Source: Klebsormidium nitens
Taxonomy: Eukaryota; Plantae; Klebsormidiophyceae
Reading direction: 5' to 3'
Assembly (NCBI GenBank): GCA_000708835.1
Contig: DF237714.1
Coordinates: 1 to 35,067, forward strand
Length of the DNA: 35,067 nt
The position numbers were made by a program, and so were the translations under genes. The notes below the pieces were generated by a model. It ran no database searches. It saw nothing but the letters and a program-made list of their open reading frames with translations, and was not told the DNA's origin. Within the stretch, counting starts at the first letter, position 1; each line of letters opens with the position of its first letter. Below, piece by piece: positions 1 through 11,586 of this stretch.

Positions 1-83
1 AGCTGTGCAGAACACAGATAAGCTTGGCTGCATCGAACGGCGAAGCCGAACACAACTTATCCTGAACGGTGACATCGGCTCAC

Positions 84-483
84 TGAAGCCGATCCATCCG
101 GGATATTACGCCGTCTTGCAGACAGCCACGCAGTGCGTCGTTAAGACGTAACCACCGCCGTTTCGCTAACTCGCGGTCAACGAAATCCTGTCGAGAACGA
201 GGTTAGGCTTAACCAGTCGTAATCGTTACACATGTCCACAAGAACCTTCCGCCTTTTGCCGAGCTGCAGCTCCTCTGCAATCACCTTGTCTTCACCTTCA
301 CAGTCAGAATCTATAACAGACCTGCCAGCCCGTCTTTGTTGTGAGCGTTGGCTGGTTCTGGTCAGTACAGGCTCGTCTTCAGAATTTGAAAGCCCCAAAG
401 AAAAGCTGGGCATCTCCTCCTCAACTGCAGGCTGCTCTCCAGCTCGTTCACGCAGCCTCTTTAACTTTCGGAGTCTCGACATT
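84..483 (-). CDS. Possible partial gene of unknown function (charged, low-complexity exons) running off the left edge
   Basis: ORF 177..482 (SRLRKLKRLRERAGEQPAVEEE...) is preceded by GCTGAC...CAG. A putative donor AAG|gtgatt after 285 and acceptor CTAAC...cag before 187 would join it in frame to DFVDRELAKRRWLRLNDALRG..., which ends at a gtgagc donor after 84. No recognisable family. Confidence 0.35.
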
Positions 484-1732
484 CTGCTTGAAGTGCAGTC
501 AGCAAGGCTTGAGTTTGCAAAGCAATTGTCAAACCTAGCAATCTTTTACCAATTGCCTTTCAGACTCATTCTAGGTAATTGAAAGCTGTCAGAGCCAGTA
601 AAGAGGCTTTCAGGCTTCAGCGGCTTGGCTGGGAGGATTGTTGATCAGCAGATTACCAGCTCACATCCTCCGATTCCTCATAGGTATTGCCCAATGCCAA
701 GGTCTCCCTCAGGCTCATGACGGTCCAGCGTCCTCCTTCAGAATTCAAAAGCTCCTGAGTACTGCCTAGGTACAGGGCTGATTTTGAATTTTGCAGGAAG
801 GCGGTTCGCCAATGTCTACGTGGCAGGACCAAACGTGCAGCAGCAAATGCACACGTGTTTGAGATCATGGGTATGGACCGGGTACCGGGTGCAAGTACCT
901 ACATTGAGCCGGTGAAGTACCGGTACACTAGCTGCATACTAACCGGTGGTACGATGGTAGGTAAGACTCTGCACCGTCCTGGGCAGCAAACAGCGTCCGC
1001 AAAAGCTTCCCCGGAAGAAGGACCGTCAAGGGTTCTCCCCCCGCGGTGCACAATCTACATTCCGCAAATTACCGCTCGTGCAAAAATCTTTAACCCCGAC
1101 CGAGGTCCGCAGGATCCGCAGTGAGGTCCACCGTTATCGATTCCGGAAAATAATACAACATTTGGGCTCGCATTCTGTAAAATGATTGCATTTTTCAATG
1201 GCATTCGGAATCATACCTTGGCCGTACGGGTAGGTCGACAGAGTAGGCCACGAAAAGATATGGTTGATACATGAATTGGAAATGAAAGATGGGCAGCCTG
1301 CTAGGTACATCAGTGACAGTAGTACGGTACTGCTTGATATACTGCTAGCAATATAGCTATGTAGGCAAGAACACTTCAGATGCAAGGAAGAGCCATGCAA
1401 CTGCGAGGAAACTTCGATGATATGGCCGCCGCGCGCGGGGCGCGGCCGGCGGCCGCATAGACTTGCGCGCGCCGCCGTCAGTCTATCCTAGCTGGCGCTT
1501 TTGACGGGCACGATTGGTTGACGGTCACCAAGGAACTTCCTGACATGCTGATCTGGCAAGGGCATCGCCACAACCACATGCCCACCTGGACGGTTTGAAT
1601 GCATTGCAGCTGGAGAAGAAGGCATTGCGATTCAGGAATCAGCAAGCATCAAAGGGGCGCATAGCTTTGCTGCATTGGTGCGCAGGAGAGGCGTCATTCT
1701 TCCTTCAGGGGTGCACTTGCGTCAGGCGGACA

Positions 1733-4700
1733 ATGGCGTCTGTTTCGTGCGCGCTCCCTGGCGCCAGCCGTGCGCTCGCTGGGGTCTCCCAGAGCTGCCC
1801 TCTGAGCCAGAACACGAGCGGGTCCGCCATTGTCCCTGCTCACAAGAGCTTCCTTGGGCAATGCAGCCACTTGGCGGCCTCCAGAGCTCCCGTCCGCTCT
1901 GGACGGCAAAGCCATAGAGGCACCCCTGTTGCCAAGATCAGGGAGATCTTCATGCCCGCTCTGTCGTCCACCATGACGGAGGGCAAGATCGTGAGCTGGC
2001 TCAAGGGCGAGGGCGACAAGGTCTCCAAAGGCGACTCTGTGGTTGTGGTTGAGTCCGACAAGGCTGACATGGACGTAGAAACATTTTACGACGGGTACTT
2101 GGCCGCTCTAGTAATTGACGAAGGGGACGTTGCGCCGGTCGGGGCCCCCATTGGCCTGCTAGCAGATACCGAGGCTGAGATCGAGGAGGCAAAGGAGAAG
2201 GCCAAGGGGCTCTCAGGCGGCAGCGCACCCGCTGCACCTGCGCCTGAGGCGGAGGCACCCCCATCACCACCCCCTGCTCCCACTGCTGACATGGCAGCGC
2301 CCCCGCCACCTGCCCCGGCTGCCGCCGCTGCGGGGCCCCCTCCTCCCCCCCCTCCTGTAGCAGCCCCAGCAGCGCCCGCCTCATCTGGCCGGATCGTCGC
2401 CACTCCCTACGCCAAGAAGCTAGCAAAGAAGTACAAGATCGAGCTGACGCGTGTCACGGGAACTGGTAACTATGGCCGGATCACGGCGGATGATGTTGAG
2501 AAAGCGGTCAACGGGCCTTCGGCGCCAGCAGCCGCCCCGGCTGCCCCTGCTGCTCCTGCATATGCGGCAGCCAGCCCCGCTCCTGCTGCGCCTGCTAAGG
2601 CCGCACCCGCCCCTGCAGCATCTCCAGTGGCTGGGACGACCGTGCCGTTCACAGGAATGCAGAATGCAGTGGCGAACAACATGAATGCCAGCCTGGCGGT
2701 GCCGACGTTCAGGGTTGGGTACACGATTACCACCGATGCACTGGACGCGCTTTACAAGCAGGTGAGGCGATCGGGTGGACAATGCACTACCGTAGGGACA
2801 GGTGACCTCTTAGTACCTCGTGGCGATTCGTAATGTCACATAAGGAGTCCTCTTTTCTGAAGTGCTTGCAATTCTTAGATTCTACCACTGCCTTGTGGAG
2901 TGTGTAATGGCTGTGCAAGAGGTTCAATCTTAGACGGTATGAGGGGTGCAGTGAGAATCTTTGATTGGAGAGACTCTGATCTGAAAGCCTTGAGTGGAAT
3001 GATGTGAATTGCTTAGGCAAGGAACAATCCATTAGTGCACAATGCCGAAGCGTGATGCGCCTTGTAAGCAGTAAACAAAGCGGTGGATCATGACCCTTCA
3101 ACTTCAAGTTCAGCACTTTTAGCAACTTTAGGTTTTGGGGGCAGAGAACAGCCATAATGTGGCTCTTTTAAAAAGTCAGTACAGGCATCGAGGCTCTTAG
3201 CTTTATGCATTTTGTACAACCTGCAGTGCAAAACGACAGTGAGATTGAGCTTTTCACAAAAAATCAGTCTGTTTGTCTGTTTGCAACTGATGCATCGAGA
3301 ATCATCAAGCAACAATCTTGCGTCGTTTTGCCGATAAACAACGTGCATTTGGTCAGAAGGTATGATGCTGGTCTAGATCAGCGCTGCACCATACTTTTGG
3401 CTATCTGGGATCTGCGAAAAGGCACTCCTTGCAGAATCTGATGGTACAGGTTCAAAAAAAATTACTTCCCTGCTCTATTGCAAACACAGAGTCTCCTTTA
3501 ATCTGCAAATTGCCAAATTTGCTGCATTGGATCACATGTGGTGGTAAAAAGTGAAACTGGCTCCGTGTGACGCATTCAGATGCAGAAGCACTTCCTACAC
3601 AAGTGCGCCTTTTGAGAATGCCAAAGCTCTGCATTTAGCTGCTCTGCATTTGCACTCAACTGCCTCCGAAATGTCTCCCCAATCTTCCTAAGAACTCTTC
3701 GCGGAACGCTTGGAACAGGACATGATTGGAATCTTAAGAACAGCTCTCAGATTATGCTCGCAGAGTGTATCTCAGCATTCTCGCCTTTAAAGAAGTGCGC
3801 CACAACTTCCTAGCCCCGTTCTTCTGGTGTGCAGTCCAACAGCAACAGCGAGGTTCTTGCTAGAGCTCATCTCTTGACCTGAATTGAATTTAGTTCGTCT
3901 TGATACAGCATCAAGCAACATAAGAGATGAGCCGCCAAACTCCCATAACTTGCGCCCATTTCACCATCATTGGGAGCAAGGGCCCAGTTGTGATCTTGAA
4001 ACAGCCAGTGTGAAACCAAGCAATCTCCAAAAGCAAGACACAGGCAGTTCGTCAACCAGTCTTTTCATCCACAATCCTCATTCAAAAATTGCAATTCCCT
4101 CCTTAAGTTTAGTGAGGGCATAAGGCTCCGTCGTTGTTGAAACGGCCAATGCAAATAAAAGTCCTTCTACAAAAGCAAGACACAAACAGTCCGTCAAATT
4201 GTCCTTAGGTTGCGCGTCGACCGAAACCTACTTGGGCTCCTGCGTCGCCTTTGTAGTAACGACAGGTAGGAGATAAGGTTCTTTTCAAGCTATACTACTC
4301 CTCTAATATCTACCTTGGGCTGCCACGTGGATCTGAAAAGCCATCCGATTGGCTGAGAAAGCTGGGAAGCTTTTCGCAGCTTTTCTGTCGACGCGCACCC
4401 TTACACCTATAATTGTTGTTTCCAGATCAAGAGCAAGGGCGTGACGATGACCGCGCTCCTGGCCAAGGCGACCGCGCTGGCGCTAGCGAAGCACCCGGTC
4501 GTGAATTCGTGCACCAAGGACGGCAAGAGCTTCACGTACAACTCGAGCATCAACATCTCGTGCGCGGTCTCCATCGACGGAGGACTCATCACGCCAGTGC
4601 TCCAAAATGCCGACAAGGTAAGAGCATCACGCCAGTGCTCCAAAATGCAGACAAGTAAGAGCGTCGGGGCCCTGAGATTATCACTAGGTTTATAGGCGAA

Positions 4701-7700
4701 TTGTGGAATAGTAACCATAGGAGCCCAGACAAGCAGAGGCTCGCTTAAGCGTTGATTTTAAAGTCGATCTAAGTGTGAGTGTTGGGAACTAGCCCCTTTG
4801 GTCAGAGCTCAGTGCACTCTTTTCCAACCGGAGCAGGTTGGAAGGAACCAACTGAATTTGTAGGCGGTTCATTGGATATTTATGCTGTAGATTGTCTGAA
4901 AAGGGGCTATGGCCAGCTAGCATGTACGGGGCTGACCCGCGTTGGTTTGTTGCCACAGCATTTGACAAACAGAAGATAAAGCGCGAACTTCAGGCAGCCC
5001 GAAGTTGAAATGTATGGATCTCAAAGACTCGCTCGATGCGAATTCAAGCATACCATACATGCTTTGACAGTCCCTCACTGTCTCGTCCTGCCTCGCGACC
5101 AAGCCACCGCTAAAGCTGGCCTCCCGAGCTTATTCATACCTGTTACTTAAATGCCTCGTTTTAAGCACTCGGGTTAAACACTCCCCATGCTGAAACACTG
5201 GAGCTTACTCACGAACCCTACACTTTCGCTCCCCAGGTCGATATTTACACACTCTCCCGGACATGGGGCGAGCTGGTTGGCAAGGCACGCAGCAAGTCGC
5301 TGTCACCTGCAGAGTACAACACAGGTGAGCCGTAAAGTTAAATTGCAGTGTGGTTGGCATGAGTCAGAGGGTATCTGTCATGTGGGATGATTGGAAGGAG
5401 ATCGTATGACTAGAATACGCCGCAAGAGCAAGATCTGTATTCACTGAAAATGCGGGAAGCATTGGATTCAGGCGAATGCAAGGCCTCATATATCACAGCG
5501 AGTAGGCTTCCCTTCTTTGTATCAAATAGCGAAAACTAAGTCAGTTGTCAGCTTTCGATCCGAATCTAAGGAACCCGATTTTGGCTACAACGTCCGGCTT
5601 TGGATCACCGTCGAAGTATTTGATTGGAGCCAGCAGATCTATCTGGACTGGCTGTTGTTTGGAGGGGTGTTCACACCCTTTCGGATGTCTACTGCTGGAC
5701 AGGCCTTTCAGGCCGATGAGGGACTAAAGAAGGAACATTCTGGTTCGAAGTATCGGTACGAGGTCCGAAAGCAAGCGTGATGCCAACAGCTCAACGGGCA
5801 GAGAACACCAACTATTTCCTGCGCCAGCTAATGTTCACTTGTGTGTGTAGTCCCAAGTTCTCTGGTGACTTTTGGTTTCTTACTTCAATCTTTCTGCCTA
5901 CCCTTCTCTACGTTATACTTCGGGAACCTTCCGCTGGAATCTGCAAGTTATGCCTAGAGCTCACCCGTCTTCGCACATTGAATTTAAATACAGTCGCTTA
6001 TTCAGTGCTCTCGTCGGGCAGGCACTTTCACCCTCTCCAACCTGGGCATGTTTGGCGTAGACCGGTTTGACGCCATCCTCCCTCCAGGACAGGTACGCCT
6101 GCTTTGCCGCGTTGCTTTGGTGTCAATCTTATTCGAAGTCTCTTCAGTCGACCATTACAAGCGCAGCTAGTGCTCTAGCCTTGCTGAAATGACATCATGA
6201 GCGCTTTGGTGAATCGTCCATTGATACGCTACTGGCTAGTGGACGGTCGAGGATCCAATGCCGATCATTTCCGAGCCCTGGTTCTCAGTCTCGAGGCTTC
6301 TCATGAATGGACACACGTATGCACCACCCAAGCGGCAGGAAACGGGTCTATTGAACCTTCCGAGCTTGCAACCCGCTGAACCATCTGTAGCTACAAGAAC
6401 TGTTTCTGTTCGGCTGCAGTGCTACTGTAATCATTATGCACTGGGATGAGGATTCGAATCTCCGATCATTCTACCTGTCCACGGGTCCGATCCAACACAC
6501 ACGTGGCTCTTCTAAAGCCCGCTTCCTTTTCGTGAACTGTCGTGACACAGCAGTTATCAGCCTGACCCCCAAGAGACTAATATTACCTTCGCAAAAGTCG
6601 GCCAAAACGCGCACAATCAGTCAACTCAGCAGACCCGCTTATTCCTCATCGGTAGCCCCTTCAGCACTCTACTCTCAACAGCCGGAGCTTTGTTGCATGT
6701 TCATCCTGTTGACGTCACCCTGACGTTCTCGCCTTTCTCTCAGGGCGCCATCATGGCCGTCGGTGCGTCGCAGCCGACGGTCGTCGCCACCGCGGACGGT
6801 ATGTTCGGGGTGAAGAAGCAGATGCAGGTGAGTGGCGTCATGCTTTCACGGCACGTGGCCAGCTTCTGAGTGACGTCATCCTTCCACGGCACGAGGGCCG
6901 CTAATGAGTGGCCTCATCCTTCCTCGGCACGAGGCCAGCTTCTGAGTTGCATCTTCCGGGAGGCCTTTTTTCTGAGCCCCTGTGCGTGGTCTGAGGTCGC
7001 AAGGTCGCCGACAGACTTGCGCGGAAGTGTGAAACTCGCAGAACAGAGTGATGTACAGAGGACCGTGAAGCTGGCCAGCTGTCGGAACACTATTTTTGGA
7101 GCGCCTCAAAACAAGGTGGTTATAGAATCTTGCCACGTCTTTCCTTTACTTCGTTCTAGTATTGATGACGCCCCTTGCTCCATCTTTCTCTTGCTTTTGG
7201 ATGTAACTGCATAGATTCATGTCTCACAAAGGGACTTGGAGGAATCAGTCTGCTTGTACGCAACCAGCTTCTCAAGCACGTCTATCTCTGGAACATGAAA
7301 GGACCAGTGAGCCCTCGTGTTTCTTCTTACGGGTTTGAGACCAAGTTCATCTTCTCGGGCCATAGAGCATCCGCGTCTCCTGAAGTAGTCGACTGGCTCT
7401 CTCTACGTTTCCCATAGCATCAGGCATCCGTTTTGTCAAGCCTCTTCCATGCTTAACCACTCACCCACCCTTTGGCCTGAAACCGTGGCACGCCCGGTAG
7501 AGAGCCCCGCAGTCTCCAACGACAGCAATAACCCGTCAGGGGGATCATTGGCACTCTGCACTCAGCATCAAAGCCCGTATAGAAGTTCGCTAGGTAATGG
7601 TAAGGTGGTCGAGCCCCCTTTCTGAACTCCGAGCACATCTTTCCTGCAGGTCAACGTGACAGCCGACCACCGGATCATCTACGGCGCTGACCTTGCCGCG

Positions 7701-7754
7701 TTCCTGAAGGACCTGGCGGCAATCATTGAGAACCCTAAGGATCTAGTCCTGTAA
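1733..7754 (+). CDS. LTA2: Plastid pyruvate dehydrogenase E2 (dihydrolipoamide acetyltransferase), 6 exons, ~522 aa
   Basis: Exons 1733-2761, 4426-4617, 5237-5324, 6022-6092, 6744-6827, 7650-7754; all GT-AG, frame continuous. Ser/Ala/Arg-rich transit peptide, lipoyl domain (IFMPALSSTMTEGKIVSW...VESDKADMDVE), Pro/Ala linkers, E3-binding domain (ATPYAKKLAK), catalytic domain (GTFTLSNLGMFGVDRFDAILPPG, DHRIIYGAD). Confidence 0.96.
4587..4661 (+). repeat. 38/37-bp tandem duplication of the LTA2 exon-2 end plus its donor site
   Basis: 4587-4624 catcacgccagtgctccaaaatgccgacaaggtaagag is followed by 4625-4661 catcacgccagtgctccaaaatgcagacaa-gtaagag. Confidence 0.95.
6830..6957 (+). repeat. 38-bp minisatellite (~3.4 units) at the start of LTA2 intron 5
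   Basis: Units 6830-6867, 6868-6905, 6906-6943, partial 6944-6957; consensus approximately gagtg(g/a)c(g/c)tcatccttccacggcacgaggccagcttct. Confidence 0.9.
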
Positions 7755-10071
7755 TTTGGGCTTTAGGGCTTAGGTCGAGTATTCTGTACACGTTCAATGA
7801 ATGATGGGCGCACATCAAATTGGTGGTGCTCATTAGATTCGGCAGGACGCGTATGCTTAGGAGGTAGGCAGCTTTGTCACTGGTCGAAATCGTAAGCTGC
7901 CGCCTCCGGAGGTGTTGGTGATAGAACACGCAAGCGGTGTCCCGTTATGGGATCATGCACCCTTGGACAAACGAGTTGCGGTTGGGAGAGTATTCTCGCT
8001 TATAACCTGGAGGTTATCCATGTCGTATTCGTCCGTTGTCCAACTTAGCTAGAGGTTCCCAATGATGTTGGATGGCATACAATGATTGTCCGACAGCATG
8101 ACATGGCATATAACTTGCATGTGACGACGGCCGGTTCATAGTTGACAGCCTATTTGATTCAAAATTCGTTGACACACCGTCACGGCGTCAGTGGCCTTGA
8201 ATTGCAATTTAGCCGGGCTCAGAACTTAGAAGCAATGACAGCAGATGAAGCGATGTATTAGTTAATGTATTGCAGCCAGTGCAATCGTTCTTTCAAGTCA
8301 ATCTATATTGCGTCCGTTAATGAAACTCTGAGCTTCGCGCTGTGGTTCGTTGGAGCTCATGCATGTGAGTCCATCGGCCGGGTGCTCGGCTATCAAAGCT
8401 GCCGCGGATGGTACAGCCAGTCCGCAAACGAACATGCAGTCTATTTTGACAACAACGGGGTCACGCATCTTTTCGATGAGATGTGCATGATCTTAAGTGG
8501 CGCCGCGACGACAGCTGCAACAGTCGATCAGCGCGCATGCTTGCGACCGAGGTTGGGCTTTTCTGGAACCAAAAACTTGGCAAAGTCTGCCAATTCAACT
8601 TCACCACAACAAGCCTCAGATTCAGAGTATACTTGGGGTCTTCTAAAAAAAAGTTCGTTTTACACTATAGCCCGATTCCGATTCATGAGCAAGGTGTCTT
8701 CGTCAGGCCCCTTACTAACTCATGCAGTCCCAAGTTTGTCCAACCTTCGTGTTCAGTAAACAGGAGGTGCAGTATCTCTCGGGTTTACAGAGAAAGAATT
8801 GCCAGGGATGGTATAGAAAGTGCTCATAAAAGGATCGCATAGCAGAGCATAACACTGTTTCACACTGATAGCAAAGAAACCTTTGAATTATCTACAACAC
8901 GTACAAAACACATGGGCAAGTTTTGATACAAGAGGGCCACTGAGAAGTAGCAGAGAACCTGGACACGTGGCGGCAAATATGGACTTGGATCTCAGATGGG
9001 CAATTTTCAAAGCACCAAAAGAGGAAACGATGGCCTTGCTTGGTGCAACCCATTCAGCAGTGATGATACTTAAGTTCAGAAGTTGACAGTGACACGACAA
9101 TAACCGATACAAGAGGTTGTCAAGCATATGCATCACCGCTCGCTAGAGCAATGGCAGCATTATCAGTTGCAAGGTAGAAACGCGAAATCCACAAAGCTGC
9201 TTAGTGGAGCATGTACTTAGCTCAGTCTCCTCAATCGAGTTTATTCAGTCACATAATTTACGCCACCTTTGACGCTACCCCAATGCTGATCTTTCATAAT
9301 TGCTTGCAAACCTACGAAAACATACGCTACACTTGAACGTTTGTGACTGGCGGCTGTGGCCCCTGCTTGTTTTCACCACCCAGCAACCCCACACTGCCGC
9401 AACTATCCACCAGCACAATCTTGAGAATGATTCTTTCTTTATTGTCAATTGCATGGCAGCTTCTTATGGACTCAAAGCAGAGAGTATTTGCTTGTTCGTC
9501 TTGCCCTTCTTTGTCCACATGTCCATGCTTCCTGCTCTGAACAAAAGCGTGCTGAAAGGCTTTGGCACGCTATTCAATACTCTCCTGGGAGCTGAAGATA
9601 ATGTCGTGCCAGATTCCTCTCCTCTTGATCTTCCTATATATACATGTTCATGTAACCCTGTCCAACTCTGAAACCCCCCACAACCCTGAACTTTCAGAAA
9701 GCTCATTTAGCAAGTGTGACAGTAACACCACCTTTGTCCGCTTACCATTGTCTTCATGTTTTCACACCGCAGCAGCATTGCGTTCTGCACACTTCCCTCA
9801 GAGATAAAACCACCGCCCGGAGCCCCTAAACATATTCCTTGTGTTGCTCCCCAGCATCTACGTCCCCTTTTTTGCCTCTCCATTTCTCCTCACCTTCATT
9901 TTGCTTTCCCTTGCATTCCTTACCCCCTTCCAGTCAGCACCCCTTGCCCTATCTCTGAACCCATCCAGCATTCGCCTGACCTGACCCCTGATGGCAGTCC
10001 TCATTCGCCCCTCATCCCAGGCTTTCAAAACCCTCCTCCCCACCTACCAAAACACAAATTTCCACCAAGAC

Positions 10072-10983
10072 CTACTTCCACGGTCTGCTAGTACTTTTTT
10101 GCGCATCCAACTTCGCCTTCAGCGCTCGCCGCTTATCCGCCTCCGCCTGCCTCCCCTCGATTGTCCTGTTCGCCTCGTCCAGGTACCTCTTAAGGATTCT
10201 TTCCAGCTCAGTGCGCAGCCTCTTATCTTTCATTTCTCTGTAGACTTCCCCCTCCACCCAGGGCGGGTAAAACTGACTCCGCGGCTGGCCCGCCACAATG
10301 GGACTCAGCAAGGCCCAATATACGGTGTCAACCGCACCCAGCAGCCGCTGAGCCTTGGCGGTTGACACTCTGAACAAAACCGGCAGCAGCTTCTGTCCAC
10401 ACAGCCCGTCCTGCGTCACTCCCCGCGCAATGCCAAACTCTTTCCCTGCGAGAAACTCCTCGAGAAAGATGACGCTCTCCGGGGTCCGCGCGCCGGCGCC
10501 CCGGGGGGTCCCCGACACCTCCGCCCAGACCCTGTCGCAGAACGTCTGCGGGAACTCCTCGGGGTTTGCCGCCCAGCACTTGAGCAGCACCTTTGCAAAG
10601 ACGGTGTACTGGTTCTTGCGCTCCGCCCGCAGCCTGTTCCTTGCGGCAGCGTTCACGGCTGGCGCGCTCTTCCGCACGTCCGCTTTCTGTGCCGGTTCTA
10701 GTTCCAGCAACGCCAGCTCATTGAACACCCAGGAGATGACCAGACTGCATGGGAGGGCGTCCTTTGCAGCTGGGATCTGGTCTCCCCCCCAGGCCCAAAA
10801 CGTGGGTGGGTCGTCTGGGATTGCGTGCTTCTCCAAAACTGGGCTCTCTGCGCCTTTGTTCAGTTCAGGGGAGTCCTCTCCAACCCGCCCTTTGCGCTGC
10901 CACCATTTCAGGGAGAAGCTGCGGCCTCTCATCCTGTCCTCTGGCGGCAGCAGAATCGCAAAGGCTGCAGCTAGACCATCCAC
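10072..10983 (-). CDS. Orphan protein, ~300 aa, helical/charged C-terminus; true start uncertain
   Basis: 912-bp open frame with G/C-rich third positions like the verified exons. The annotated start is GTG; the first in-frame ATG is codon 18, and a possible upstream acceptor (ttcag) lies near 11020. No family recognised. Confidence 0.65.
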   Translation of the reverse strand: MDGLAAAFAILLPPEDRMRGRSFSLKWWQRKGRVGEDSPELNKGAESPVLEKHAIPDDPPTFWAWGGDQIPAAKDALPCSLVISWVFNELALLELEPAQKADVRKSAPAVNAAARNRLRAERKNQYTVFAKVLLKCWAANPEEFPQTFCDRVWAEVSGTPRGAGARTPESVIFLEEFLAGKEFGIARGVTQDGLCGQKLLPVLFRVSTAKAQRLLGAVDTVYWALLSPIVAGQPRSQFYPPWVEGEVYREMKDKRLRTELERILKRYLDEANRTIEGRQAEADKRRALKAKLDAQKSTSRPWK

Positions 10984-11586
10984 ATATTGGCGCCCTCCTA
11001 GCTCTGGCCTTGTAAATCTGAATCTGCTTGTTCAATGTCCAAGCTCTTCCGTGGTTCCACTGTCTTCCACTACTGTGACTCCTGTGTAATGCGGAATGGG
11101 CTACCAAAAGCACCCGCTTCCGTGCGAGCGCCCCACCATGACGCCAATTTTGATGCAGGCCAGTCTGCCTGCATGATGCAAGCAAGAGCAGGACTGCACA
11201 GTGCAGACTACAGACTTTCTATTTCATTGAGTTCTTCCACTTGGCGAAGAATCCTGAGATGATTTGCTATTTTTGGAAGGAAGTAAATGCAAATCCTCCC
11301 ACGGTGATTGTGGAATCTTGCGCCGAGTCAACCGGGACAATACTGTCAACAGTAGTGCCCGGAGGGCGTCATGAAGCCCACAAAGCAATTCTGGAAAAGC
11401 GAGTCCGACTGCCCGGTCAAGTCGTGCTCTTGAACCGCCCCAGTCCCAACCTCAATGTGCCGTACAATGTGCACGTGCTGATTGTACGGACGGTCTGGCG
11501 GCCACAGAACCGAGATACAATGTCAGGATACCCCTGTGAATGTGATTGGGCGGCAAGTGCAGAATCTAAGGTAAAGTGCTCTGAAG

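Noticed and set aside
1595-1732. N-terminal extension of LTA2 given by the ORF track
   Set aside because: It starts at TTG. The ATG at 1733 (caATGGCG) begins a typical transit peptide, so the upstream part is likely UTR.
2221-2640. Pro/Ala-rich repeats and overlapping GC-rich ORFs in LTA2 exon 1
   Set aside because: These are the normal flexible linkers of E2 subunits; the antisense ORFs are shadows.
10355-11089. 244-aa plus-strand ORF
   Set aside because: It is the antisense shadow of the 10072-10983 ORF in mirrored register.
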